Shown here piece by piece: positions 19,077-28,916 of a stretch of 64,000 nt of DNA. Location: contig JBMFIG010000004.1 of assembly GCA_049976425.1 (NCBI GenBank), positions 1 to 64,000 on the forward strand, read 5' to 3'. The position numbers and the translations under genes are program-made. Every line of letters begins with the position of its first letter. Position 1 is the stretch's first letter. A model generated the notes under the pieces. That model saw nothing but the letters and a program-made list of their open reading frames with translations, was not told the DNA's origin and did no database searches. Source of the DNA: Thermoproteus sp. Lineage in GTDB: Archaea; Thermoproteota; Thermoprotei; Thermoproteales; Thermoproteaceae.

Positions 19077-20783
19077 CTAGGTTCGTTTGGACTTATAAAG
19101 ATTTCTTCTCCGAACTAATTTCAGAAAAATTAGGAGGAAGGGCAGAACAATATAGGGGCTTATCGGGATCGCGTAGAGACGCGCGGAGCACGGCGACGAC
19201 ACCCCGGCGACTTCCACGCGGAACCCGCCTCCAGGCCCCGCCACGGCGTAGGCCGACGCGCCTCCGCAGACCAACTGCGCCACGGATAGAGGGCTCGGCA
19301 GTCCCAGCAGATCGCGGGCGGCCCCGCTATATACGGCTATATACCTCGGCCTCAGCTCGAGGGGACCGCGGACCTCCACCTCGCCTATCTCGCCTAGGTA
19401 GAGGACGCCGTCTTGGGCCAGGGCGAGCGCGCTCGCGTTCAAGACGGTCCCGTTGGGGGCCCAGAGGACGCGGGGCCCAAACGGCGTCGAGACGTTGACC
19501 ATGTACGCCGCTTGATAGGCCGGCGTGAGGGCGGCGGGACCTGCAACCTCTATGGAGACCGTCGGCGTGGCCGGCACGTAGAGGGTCCCTCCGGATCTAA
19601 TCAAGGGCAATTCCACCTCAAGGCGCCCCGGCTCGGCCCACAGAAGCCTCGTGCCGTTAGGCAACTTGAGCGCGACGAGGTACAGCGTCCTCCCTCCGCA
19701 CAAGGCCGTGCCGTTTAGGAAATAAATACAGGGGAGGTCGGCCCAGAGCTCGGTCGCCGCAGGCGCGCCTTTGGCCACGACGGCCGAGAAGCCGGCGGGC
19801 TCCGCCGCCGCTATCGCCGACTCCTCTGTGGACAGCCCCAGGCTCCATGCGGCTGGAGGCCGGACGTAGGCCGTGCCGTTCCAGATATAGAGCGCGAGCT
19901 CCGCCTCCCCGTTCACGATCTCCGCCACCGACATCCCGGCGTCGTAGCCGCCGACGATAAACTCGAGGTCTATCGGGAGGCCTCTGGCGTTGACCTGCGG
20001 CTTGACCACTATACGGGCGGGCCCCGTCAGCTCAATCCTGTCCATCGCCGTCCCGTTAAGCGCCAGCTCCACGTATCTGCCCGACGTCCTTATCTCCAGA
20101 CAGGCCGCCTCCAGAGGAGGGAGCTCGGATACGTAGAAGTAGTACTCGTCGCGGCCGAGGAAGGTCGTCGAGCCGAACCCGGCGATGCTGGACAGCGTGG
20201 AGACGGGCCCGGTCATGTTCCAGACGTTGTCCAGGAACTCGTAGGAGCCGTCCCTATACCTCACCAGCGCCTGGACCCAATATAGGCCTCCCCCCGCCTC
20301 CACATAGGCGTTGAGCTGTATCGAGTATGCCTCGGCCCTCCCCAGCGGCGAGAGGCTGTAGGCCCTAAACCCTCTGAGCGAGAAACAGCCCTTGACAGCG
20401 CCTCCTTCGTAGGGCACGGGGAACGGCCTCCCGTCCACCACGGCGAGGCCGTAGTACACCACGCCGAGCGGCGCGGCGGGGCCCCAAGGCGTAGACGAGG
20501 GCCTTAGCCTGTCCGTCAAGAGCCTCAAGTCGACGCAACGCGTCGCGTTCAGCAGAGTCGAGGCGGCGTAGGCGCCGCTTGAGGCTGGGGCCAATAAGCC
20601 ACTTCCCGGGCCCTCCAGCAGAGCCACGGGCGCTCCCGAGGAGTTGTACACGACGGCGGTGCCGCTCCACTGGGCGTAGTATACAGCTCCGTCCTCGAGC
20701 TTCAGCGATGTGGACGTCTGGGTTATACAGAGTTGCGCCGATGCGAGGAACGCCGCTAGCAACAAAGCCAATACGAGCCGCAC
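19077..20783 (-). CDS. Thermopsin-like (peptidase A5) membrane-anchored protein
   Basis: SIQLNA, YWVQ, FLDNVWN, DLEFIVGG and STEES motifs; signal peptide and C-terminal TM; GTG start at 20783. Confidence 0.75.
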   Translation of the reverse strand: MRLVLALLLAAFLASAQLCITQTSTSLKLEDGAVYYAQWSGTAVVYNSSGAPVALLEGPGSGLLAPASSGAYAASTLLNATRCVDLRLLTDRLRPSSTPWGPAAPLGVVYYGLAVVDGRPFPVPYEGGAVKGCFSLRGFRAYSLSPLGRAEAYSIQLNAYVEAGGGLYWVQALVRYRDGSYEFLDNVWNMTGPVSTLSSIAGFGSTTFLGRDEYYFYVSELPPLEAACLEIRTSGRYVELALNGTAMDRIELTGPARIVVKPQVNARGLPIDLEFIVGGYDAGMSVAEIVNGEAELALYIWNGTAYVRPPAAWSLGLSTEESAIAAAEPAGFSAVVAKGAPAATELWADLPCIYFLNGTALCGGRTLYLVALKLPNGTRLLWAEPGRLEVELPLIRSGGTLYVPATPTVSIEVAGPAALTPAYQAAYMVNVSTPFGPRVLWAPNGTVLNASALALAQDGVLYLGEIGEVEVRGPLELRPRYIAVYSGAARDLLGLPSPLSVAQLVCGGASAYAVAGPGGGFRVEVAGVSSPCSARLYAIPISPYIVLPFLLIFLKLVRRRNLYKSKRT

Positions 20784-20806
20784 CGAGTCTAGGAAAAAGA
20801 GAGGTT

Positions 20807-22075
20807 TTATTGTTGGGCGGCGGTCTGCGGCTTGGGGCGCCAGGTGAATACCAGGTAGAAGCCTCCGAGCAGTATTAGGTTGAACACCACGAACATGACA
20901 AGAGAGAAGCTCAGAAGCCACGGCTGGGCTCCTATGAGTTGCACCAAGGAGTTTATCTGCGGCGTTATGAGCGTGGAGACCTTGAGCGTGTCCGCCACCT
21001 GGAGGGCGAAGTTGGCGCCGTAGGCGTTTATGAGGGCGAGCGCTATGGGAGGCGAGGGGACTATGGCGTAGGGCAGATGGGCCAGTCCGTTGAGGATCTC
21101 AGCGCCGTCCATCAAGGCGATGACGGCCACGAAGGCGGCCATGGCAAGGCCGGCGTTGGCCGACCTGAGCGCCGTGGCGAGGAACGCCAGCACCACTACG
21201 CCGAGAACTATGTCTAGGTAGAACAGCCAGCTGAGGTTCAACGTGGGCTGGTAGACGGGCTGTAGTTGCGCCGGCAGGTAGGACGGCGGGGATCCGAATA
21301 TGGACCAAGCCATGGTGGGGCTGTATTGGTACACCTCGTAGAGGTACCAGACGCTGGCGAGCACGTAGATGACGCCGAATATTAGGCCGACCTTGGCGCC
21401 GAACTCCTTCCCTATCTTGTAGTGCTCGTCCTTGGTCTTGGCGTAGCGCCACGTGTAGACAGCCGATATCAGGACTGCGGTGAAGGCTATTGCGCCAGCC
21501 AGCGTGGCTATAAGCAGAGGCGGATAGGTGGGGTTGCCCAGCGCTTGCCAGAGGTCGATCCCTAGGTCGAAGCCCACGATCGAGTTGGGATCCGGCTTGG
21601 CGGTGACCCCCAGCGGGTAGTTTATGAAGGCGAAGACCAGCCTGAACATGGCCGGTATCACGGAGGTGACGACGGCCAGCCCGTACCCCAGCGCTATGTG
21701 TTTGGCGTCGTCCATCTTGCCGAAGGAGCGGTAGTAGAACCCTATGAGCGGTAGCGATATGGCAACGCCGAAGACTATGGCGACTCCCCAGACCGGCCAC
21801 AACAACACGCCGGCGGCGTTGGTGAAGACCGGCAACAAGCCGGCGAGGAACACCGTCACGATGGTCCCGAAGACGCCGCCTATCGCGTAGGTGAATATGA
21901 GGTAGCGCGACAAGCTCTTGGCTATGTCGAAATACCTGTCGTCGCCTTTCCTAAGCCCTACGAGCTCAAGCGTCGGCAACAACCACGTCAAGCCCAGCAC
22001 GGTGTAAACCAGCGGCAGATGGACGGCGAAGGCCCAAGCGATCAGCCCCACCGTGATGGCGGTTAGGGCGTCCAT
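20807..22075 (-). CDS. Cytochrome bd oxidase second subunit, CydA'-type
   Basis: Multi-TM protein with CydA-like N-terminus (VHLPLV, GGVFGT), directly after cydA. Confidence 0.75.
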   Translation of the reverse strand: MDALTAITVGLIAWAFAVHLPLVYTVLGLTWLLPTLELVGLRKGDDRYFDIAKSLSRYLIFTYAIGGVFGTIVTVFLAGLLPVFTNAAGVLLWPVWGVAIVFGVAISLPLIGFYYRSFGKMDDAKHIALGYGLAVVTSVIPAMFRLVFAFINYPLGVTAKPDPNSIVGFDLGIDLWQALGNPTYPPLLIATLAGAIAFTAVLISAVYTWRYAKTKDEHYKIGKEFGAKVGLIFGVIYVLASVWYLYEVYQYSPTMAWSIFGSPPSYLPAQLQPVYQPTLNLSWLFYLDIVLGVVVLAFLATALRSANAGLAMAAFVAVIALMDGAEILNGLAHLPYAIVPSPPIALALINAYGANFALQVADTLKVSTLITPQINSLVQLIGAQPWLLSFSLVMFVVFNLILLGGFYLVFTWRPKPQTAAQQ

Positions 22076-22077
22076 GG

Positions 22078-23445
22078 TCAGTACTCGACCAGCCTCTTCA
22101 GTAGCTTGGGCGGCCTAGCCAGCGCGAGGTACACCATATAGCCGGCGAGCGCCGGCATGGCCACCTCGACTATCAATATTAGGGCCGCCAGCCACGGCGT
22201 GAGCTGGAGCGTCGGATTGAATAAGCCGCCTTGGTATACCGGCACTCCGGTGATCTGCGGAGGCCCGTCGGCGCTGGGGACGGACTGCACCAGGATGAAC
22301 GGATAGCGGCCGGACTCGGCTGATACGGCGCCGCCAATAGACGCCAGCGCCGCCAGTATGGGTATCAGGTAGACGCTCGGCTTGAGGAGAGGCGGCACTA
22401 TGCGCTTGAACCAGCCGAACAAGAGGTAGAGGCCTATGCCGGCCGTCAATATGCCTAGCAGTATCCCGACGCCCACCATGAAGCCTAGGTAGAACACCGA
22501 GACGAAGGCCGGAGGCCTAATGTCGGCTGGCCAGGAGTAGTAGCCCCAGAACTGGTGGTTGAGGTCTCCATACGCCACGAAGCTCGTGAGCGGATCGGGC
22601 CTTAGCCCCGACCAGAACATGCCCTCGAAGGCCGCCAGCTTCAACGGGTCGTGCTCCAGCACCAGCTCTCCTTGGAGGTGGCCGAGGACGAGACCCTCTA
22701 CGGCGGTCAGTACAGCTATGACCGGCACCACCAGCCTCAACACCTTGTACTGCCAGTCCTTCTTCTCCTTGAGGTATAGGTAGAGGACCACCCCGGCTAC
22801 GCCAGCCCAGCTCAGTATAACGGCGGCGAGTATGCCGTGGAGTATAAAGACGTTAGCGCCCCACCAGAATATGTTCCAAGCGTCGGTGGGGTTCTGGAAC
22901 ACGGCGAGCCAAGTTATCGCGCCGGCCACGTTCTTGCCCTGGGCCGCTAAATCCACGAGCTGGAGGCCCGGCGGGGCTACGCTCAATGCCGACATGACGG
23001 CCAGGATGTTGTAGGCCGAGTAGTAGCCGCCGAACGCCGCGATCAAGCCGATGGCCCAGTGCACCCACTGGTTCGAGAAGCGGTTCCAGGTAAAGGTGTA
23101 GAGCGGCAGGAATATGACCTCGAAGAGGAAGGCGAAGAGCTCCAGGAAGAACGGGAGCGCTATGGCGGTGCCGATTATAGCTATGAAGTTGGACCAGATG
23201 GTGACCAGCCCGAACTCGACGAGCGTGCCGAAAGCGGCGCCTACCCCGAAGAATATAGTGGCGGCTATATTGAACTTCTTGGCGAGGTCGAGCCACTGCT
23301 GGTCCTTTCTCCTAAGCCATATATACTCGCCGATAACCGCCAGCGCTATGGTGCCCAGAAACGCCGAGGCCAGGGACAGATGCGCCAGAACTCCGACAGC
23401 CGACACGAGCCTCGCCAAATCTAGTTCTAGAGAGGGATCCGGCAT
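22078..23445 (-). CDS. cydA: Cytochrome bd quinol oxidase subunit I
   Basis: Heme-ligand His, ELFAFLFE, GHLQG…PLKLAAFEG and ESGRYP motifs. Confidence 0.9.
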   Translation of the reverse strand: MPDPSLELDLARLVSAVGVLAHLSLASAFLGTIALAVIGEYIWLRRKDQQWLDLAKKFNIAATIFFGVGAAFGTLVEFGLVTIWSNFIAIIGTAIALPFFLELFAFLFEVIFLPLYTFTWNRFSNQWVHWAIGLIAAFGGYYSAYNILAVMSALSVAPPGLQLVDLAAQGKNVAGAITWLAVFQNPTDAWNIFWWGANVFILHGILAAVILSWAGVAGVVLYLYLKEKKDWQYKVLRLVVPVIAVLTAVEGLVLGHLQGELVLEHDPLKLAAFEGMFWSGLRPDPLTSFVAYGDLNHQFWGYYSWPADIRPPAFVSVFYLGFMVGVGILLGILTAGIGLYLLFGWFKRIVPPLLKPSVYLIPILAALASIGGAVSAESGRYPFILVQSVPSADGPPQITGVPVYQGGLFNPTLQLTPWLAALILIVEVAMPALAGYMVYLALARPPKLLKRLVEY

Positions 23446-23524
23446 AAGTTAGGAATCGCTTCCACTTAAAAATTTTATCCTCAATAGCTTCTTAATCAGA
23501 TATAAAATAGAATCAATTTTCCTT

Positions 23525-24646
23525 TTATTTTTTCTCTGAGATTCTCGATATTCTGAAGACCTTGATTTTTCTCCTGCCCAAGGCCCTATAGCTATATGTG
23601 ACGAATTTTCTTGATGCAAGTGTCGATAGGGCCTTGTAGACGCCCCTCAAGCTGGCCGTCCCGCCCAGGGCCTCCCATATCTGGTACGCAGTCATCTCGC
23701 GGCCGGACAAGACCTCTAGGATCCTCCTCTGTAGCTCGCCGCCTCTGCGACGGCCCGCCAGACCCGGCCGCCTCAGCCCCGTGCCCGTCACGACCGCGAC
23801 GGCGTCCTTCTCGGAGGAGGCTACTGCGTAGGCCATCGCCGATAGGGGCCTCGCGTAGACGCCGCGCCTCGCTAGATAGACCGCGGCCTCGACAGCCTCG
23901 GCGGGATCTACCTCGGCCACCCTCGCGCCCTTCTCCCTCAGCCACTGCGCTATCTCCGATAGGGGAGCTCCCTTGTGCGCGGCCAGGACGAGGCGGGGGG
24001 CCTCCACGAGGCCCCACTCCTCCAGCTCCCGGAAGCCCATATACACGGCGAGCGCCAGGAGGCCCCGCTCCAGAGGAACCGCGACCGAGTCCACGCGCCG
24101 GGCGCTCTCGAATATCTCGTAGGCGATGGTCTTGACGCCTGCCAGGAAGTACGGATCGCCGTATTCGACGTCGAAGGGCCCGGCCTTGCCGAACCTTATC
24201 GTTACTGAGGGCAATACGGCGAGCGATATGAAGTCGGCGTATGCGGCCTCGGCAGGGTCCATGTGGACCTCCACGGAGACGCCTTTAGCAGATAGGTAGG
24301 TGGCGGCGGACACCGTGAAGTCCTCCAGGAAGGGCAACGAGGCCTTGTCGCCCGAGAAGACGGAGGCGAGGACCGCCGATCCCCTATCCATGAAGGAGCC
24401 CGTGGGGTTCCTCGACTCGTCCTTGACGAGGATCCCGCCCACCTTTCTGAGAGGCGTCATGCCCTCGCCGAGGGAGACGCCCTTGGCAACCCCAACTGCC
24501 GAGGAGTACCTCCACATGGAGGGCTCCGTCCGGTCTATCTTGAGCCGGCCGGGCGGCTCCAGGACGAGGGGGAATCCGCAGTTGGGGCAACGGACGCCCG
24601 ACGCCGCCCTGTATCCGCAACGGGGGCAACGGAGCCTCGCCTCCAC
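23525..24646 (-). CDS. Threonine synthase-like protein lacking the PLP lysine, with Zn ribbon and C-terminal winged HTH
   Basis: CPRC/CPNC, SLGEGMTPL, NPTGSFMDRG (K replaced by M), C-terminal ILEVLSGREMTAYQIWEAL…VYKALSTL. Confidence 0.8.
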   Translation of the reverse strand: MEARLRCPRCGYRAASGVRCPNCGFPLVLEPPGRLKIDRTEPSMWRYSSAVGVAKGVSLGEGMTPLRKVGGILVKDESRNPTGSFMDRGSAVLASVFSGDKASLPFLEDFTVSAATYLSAKGVSVEVHMDPAEAAYADFISLAVLPSVTIRFGKAGPFDVEYGDPYFLAGVKTIAYEIFESARRVDSVAVPLERGLLALAVYMGFRELEEWGLVEAPRLVLAAHKGAPLSEIAQWLREKGARVAEVDPAEAVEAAVYLARRGVYARPLSAMAYAVASSEKDAVAVVTGTGLRRPGLAGRRRGGELQRRILEVLSGREMTAYQIWEALGGTASLRGVYKALSTLASRKFVTYSYRALGRRKIKVFRISRISEKK

Positions 24647-24647
24647 G

Positions 24648-25592
24648 TCAGCCCGAGGCCAGCTCCTCGACCAACTGAGACGCCGTGCGCTCGACGGCCT
24701 CCTTGGAGCCCATGGTGGGGGACCAAGAAGCGTACTGCGTAATCCTCTCTATGCTCAAGAGCATGGTCTTGACGTCGCCGGGCCACCCCCTCCCGTCTGG
24801 GGTCGCCGGCTTGAAGACCAGCTTGGGCGAGAGGCCCATGGCCCTCGCGACGGCCGCCGCTATGTCCTTCACCGACGCCGCGTCCCTATTGCCGACGTTT
24901 AGGGCGAGGAACGGCTTGTCGTCCTCCATGAACCTCCTCCAGGCGGCTAGGGTGGCCTCGACGGCGTCGCGGACGTGTAGGTACGACTTGGTCTGGGTGC
25001 CGTCGCCCAACACCTCCAGCACCTCTGGGTTCCTCCTCAGCTTCATTATGAAGTCGTATATCGCGCCGTGTCTGAGCCTGGGCCCCACTATGTTGGCGTA
25101 TCTGAGGGCCAGGCACCTCACGCCGTAGAGCCTCCCGTAGGTGCCGCACAGCACCTCGCCGGCCGCCTTCGCGGCGCCGTAAACTGATATGGGGGCTATG
25201 GGGGCGTCCTCCGGCGTGGGCAAGACCGCCGCCTCGCCGTAGACCGTCGACGAGGATGCGAAGACGACGGCCCTCGCCCCGCTCTTCCTGGCCCACTCCA
25301 ACACGTTGAAGGTGGCCAACACGTTCTCGTCGAAGTGTATCCTCGGCTCCGTGGAGCTGACCCTGACCTCGGGGTTCGCCGCGAAGTGGAAGACGGCGTC
25401 GACCGCCCCGATCCCCTCGCCCCAGCCGGGATCTTTGAGATCCCTCACGACCAGGCGCGCGCCTCGGTTCACGTATTCCCTCCGCCCCGTCGACAGGTTG
25501 TCTACGACGACAACCTCGTGGCCCATCTCGACGAGCCGATCCACAAGGTGCGACCCTATAAAGCCGGCGCCGCCGGTGACCAATATCCTCAT
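24648..25592 (-). CDS. galE: NAD-dependent sugar epimerase (UDP-glucose 4-epimerase-like)
   Basis: TGGAGFIGSH, SSSTVYG, YGAAK and GDGTQTKSY motifs. Confidence 0.88.
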   Translation of the reverse strand: MRILVTGGAGFIGSHLVDRLVEMGHEVVVVDNLSTGRREYVNRGARLVVRDLKDPGWGEGIGAVDAVFHFAANPEVRVSSTEPRIHFDENVLATFNVLEWARKSGARAVVFASSSTVYGEAAVLPTPEDAPIAPISVYGAAKAAGEVLCGTYGRLYGVRCLALRYANIVGPRLRHGAIYDFIMKLRRNPEVLEVLGDGTQTKSYLHVRDAVEATLAAWRRFMEDDKPFLALNVGNRDAASVKDIAAAVARAMGLSPKLVFKPATPDGRGWPGDVKTMLLSIERITQYASWSPTMGSKEAVERTASQLVEELASG

Positions 25593-25628
25593 ATCGGGAT
25601 CTAAGCCCCCTTTTAATATGTGGAGCGC

Positions 25629-27146
25629 CTACCTGCCCGCCAGATCCGCCAAGAGCATCGAGATGTTCCTCACGACGGCAGTAAGCAACTGTCTGAAGTT
25701 GCTGGAGAGCGCGGCGGAGATGCCCACGTACACGGCGCCGGTTATCAACAGCGCGAGGATAATCTCGGCGAGAGATAGAAACGCAGACGGAAGTAGAGGC
25801 AGAGGGAGGGCCCTCGACACGGCCCACAACAACGCCGAGGAGGCGGCGAGGGGCAACGCGTAGTCCCGTAGGAGGGCGCGCCACTCGAACAGCTTGGCGG
25901 ATCTTCTGTCGAGAACGGCCGCCCTGAGAGCCAGCGCGGCGGCGTTCGCCAGAAACGATGCGGCGACTACGCCCTCTATGGCGTAATAGGCGGAGCCGAG
26001 GCGCTTGAACAGCTCGACTAACGGCACTATCGAGGCGAGGTAGACCGCGGTGAACGCAAGCTCGGCGAGATGCGCGTACATGACCAAGCTCCCCAGGTAG
26101 GCCCTCGCCCTTATCTCGCCCGACTGGATATCCCTCTTGTCTATCCCCTGCATGGCGTTGGTCAGAAAGTAGTTCAGATTGCCCAGTATATTGGCGGCCG
26201 ACCACACCGCCAGAGGCGCGAAGAGCGGGGCCAGATACTGGGTCTGTCCAGGCCTCAAGAAGTTTACGAAGTAGGGCTCGAAGAATATATAGGACAGCGA
26301 AATTATCGTGCTGAGCGACATGACCATGAGGAGGTCCTTGTACAGCCCTCCCCTCCTCCCCTCCAGAAGCTCGCCGTAGGTGATCCCCGAGAGGAGGGTG
26401 GAGAAGGCGTAGGGCTTGGACAACATGAAGAAGACGTACCACAGCCCTACCTGATCCATGGCGCCCAATACGCCGATCAGCGCCGCGTCGAGGGACCGGA
26501 ACGAGTTCATGGCGTAGCCCATCAACGGTACCCACGACGCGTTTAGGACCTCCCTCAAATAGCGGCGGAGCGAGCCCGGCGCGTAGTAGCGCGAGGCGTA
26601 GTAGAGCCCGTAGAGGGCGGGAGCCGCCGATATGGCCACGGAGCTCCAGAGCACCGCGGACACGGACCATCTGGCCGCGTAGATGGCGCCTACAGCCGCC
26701 AGCTTGACGCCGGCCTGTAGCAGATTCGAGACGACGAAGCGCCCTCTGTCCTTGACCATAAGTATCGAGGACGCCACCGACGAGATATACGCCGAGGCCT
26801 CGGCGGCTAGGGCGGCGAACGCCACCAACGGCCCGTAGGGCCCCATCTCCTCCCAGACGGCGGCCAGATACGCGGCGGTCAAGCCGGCAGACGCCGTGAA
26901 GAAGAGCGTCGAGGCCCCCAAGGCGGACCTTATGTCCAGCCCGCCGTCCCTCGCGGCTATTCTGGGCAGGGCGAATCCCAGGATCGCGTTGGGGAGCAAC
27001 GAGAAGGCCGTGGACGCGTTGAGGAGCGTGACGAGCCCCAGATCGTTTATGGGCAGTTTGCGCGTTATCGCTATGTTGTACAACAAGCCGACCGCGAGCG
27101 TCAAGAGAGACGTCGAGATCCCCAACAGCCTCACGTGTCTAGCCAC
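25629..27146 (-). CDS. Polysaccharide/lipid-linked glycan flippase-like membrane protein (MOP superfamily)
   Basis: About 12-14 TM helices; adjacent to the epimerase. Confidence 0.65.
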   Translation of the reverse strand: MARHVRLLGISTSLLTLAVGLLYNIAITRKLPINDLGLVTLLNASTAFSLLPNAILGFALPRIAARDGGLDIRSALGASTLFFTASAGLTAAYLAAVWEEMGPYGPLVAFAALAAEASAYISSVASSILMVKDRGRFVVSNLLQAGVKLAAVGAIYAARWSVSAVLWSSVAISAAPALYGLYYASRYYAPGSLRRYLREVLNASWVPLMGYAMNSFRSLDAALIGVLGAMDQVGLWYVFFMLSKPYAFSTLLSGITYGELLEGRRGGLYKDLLMVMSLSTIISLSYIFFEPYFVNFLRPGQTQYLAPLFAPLAVWSAANILGNLNYFLTNAMQGIDKRDIQSGEIRARAYLGSLVMYAHLAELAFTAVYLASIVPLVELFKRLGSAYYAIEGVVAASFLANAAALALRAAVLDRRSAKLFEWRALLRDYALPLAASSALLWAVSRALPLPLLPSAFLSLAEIILALLITGAVYVGISAALSSNFRQLLTAVVRNISMLLADLAGR

Positions 27147-27185
27147 GCTGTGGAGGCCGCCGGTTAATAAATCCTCAACGCCGGC

Positions 27186-28817
27186 CTACCTCCTGACGGC
27201 CCGCAACAGCTCCTCCCTCAAGCCCATCCTCCCAGGCCTGAAGATCCTCCTGTCCATCTCCTCGAGGCCGCCGACAACGGGCTTGAAGGCCATGCGCGAC
27301 AACACGTCGCGCTCCAGATCCACGCCGGGCGCTATCTCGGCCAGCGCGAGGCCGCTGGGCGTCAGCTTGAACACGGCGCGTTCCGTGATGTACACGACCT
27401 CCTTGCCCTCCTCCAATGCGTACCTCCCGCTGAACACTACCTTGTAGACCGAGTCCACGAACTTCACTATGTTTCCGTCCGCCTTGATCTTGACGCCGCC
27501 GTCGGCCACCTCGATCGACCTCCTGCCGGCGGTGAACTCGCCTGCGAAGTAGACCCTGGGCGAACCTATGGCTATGACGGGGAAGCCGCCGGGGCCCGTC
27601 ATGCGGCCTGGTATAAACGCGGGGTTTACGTTCCCCTGGGCGTCCACCTCCAAGAACCCGAGCGAGGTTGCGTCTATGGCCCCGCCCTCGTAGAGGAGGA
27701 ACTGGTCGGGCATGGGTATAACCGCGTAGTGGCCCAGCACTGCGCCGAAGTCGGCGCCGGTCAAGGCGTAGCCGCCCCACTGGCCGGACTCCACCGTTAT
27801 GTGTATGAACTCCTCCACGTCCTCCTCCCTTATCACGTCCGCCGCGACTGCGGGTATGCCGATGCCTAGGTTGACCACCACGGGCCTGCCCAGCCTCTCG
27901 ACAAGCCCCGCCAGCTCCAGCACGACCCTCCTCGCTATGGCCTTATCCACGTCGAGCGGCCGCGGCTCGTAAGACGCCCTATACGGCGCGTCGCCGCTCA
28001 CTATGGGGTTGTAGTCGAAGCTGTAGGTCTGCCAATGGAACCGCTCCGCCTCGTTTCCCCTCGGCGCCACCACCACGCAGTCCACCAAGGGGCCCGGCAC
28101 GAAGACCAACTTCGGGTGTATCTCGCCGGCCGTCACGACGCGGAGCACCTGCGCCGCGACCAGCCCGCCGGGGTGGGCCTTGGCCGCCTGCACCATGGCG
28201 AGGACCGACCCGTACATGGCCTCGCGCTCCATGGAGAGGTTGCCGATCTCGTCAGCCGTCGTGGCTCTGACAAACGCGACGTTGGGCTTAGGGGCCCTAT
28301 AGAGCAGGTATTCCTTCCCGTCTATCGTTACCACCTCGACCCTGGCGGTCCTCCTCTCCTTGGCCAGGTCGTTCAACATACCGCCGTCTTGTCTCGGGTC
28401 GATGAAGGTGCCGAGCCCGACGCGGGATATCACGCCCGGCGCCCCCGCCGCTACGTCTCTGAGCCATCTCGTGACTATCCCGATGGGCCAGGTATATGCC
28501 TCGACCAAATTCCGCGCGGCGGCTGTCTGGAGCGAGGGGGCCCAGCCGTAGAACGGCAGTAGGAATCCCCTGACGAGCCGCTGGTCGGGGTGCTCCAACA
28601 CGTAGCGGCCGATCTCGTCTAGCCCGAAGCCGGGGACTGCGGGAAGGGCGTCGGATACTATGAACAGATCCCTCGGTCTGCCGACCTCCTCGTAATGCCT
28701 CAAGAGGGCGTGTATGAGGTAGAAGGGGGCAGTGGCCGCGTTGAAGCCCGATATCGCTACGACGGAGCCGTCTCCGATTCTCTCGAGCACGCGTTCCAGG
28801 TCGAAACACTTAGCCAC
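27186..28817 (-). CDS. Family I acyl-CoA transferase, fused alpha/beta (YdiF/propionate CoA-transferase-like)
   Basis: GLGTFIDPR, NLGIGIP, TVESG (catalytic Glu), GPGGF and YITERAVF motifs. Confidence 0.9.
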   Translation of the reverse strand: MAKCFDLERVLERIGDGSVVAISGFNAATAPFYLIHALLRHYEEVGRPRDLFIVSDALPAVPGFGLDEIGRYVLEHPDQRLVRGFLLPFYGWAPSLQTAAARNLVEAYTWPIGIVTRWLRDVAAGAPGVISRVGLGTFIDPRQDGGMLNDLAKERRTARVEVVTIDGKEYLLYRAPKPNVAFVRATTADEIGNLSMEREAMYGSVLAMVQAAKAHPGGLVAAQVLRVVTAGEIHPKLVFVPGPLVDCVVVAPRGNEAERFHWQTYSFDYNPIVSGDAPYRASYEPRPLDVDKAIARRVVLELAGLVERLGRPVVVNLGIGIPAVAADVIREEDVEEFIHITVESGQWGGYALTGADFGAVLGHYAVIPMPDQFLLYEGGAIDATSLGFLEVDAQGNVNPAFIPGRMTGPGGFPVIAIGSPRVYFAGEFTAGRRSIEVADGGVKIKADGNIVKFVDSVYKVVFSGRYALEEGKEVVYITERAVFKLTPSGLALAEIAPGVDLERDVLSRMAFKPVVGGLEEMDRRIFRPGRMGLREELLRAVRR

Positions 28818-28916
28818 AGGTTAAAGTATATCGTTATTTTATATATCTTATTTCGTTTCTATGTAAAATATTTTTTCGACAATATAAAAGCTCTATTCGC
28901 CGGAAGCGTGGAATAC

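Noticed and set aside
24886-26670. Long alternative-frame ORFs (this 594-aa one, 18515-19498, 53190-54272 and the extension of 56907-58619)
   Set aside because: Shadow ORFs of GC-rich real genes, with biased composition and no motifs
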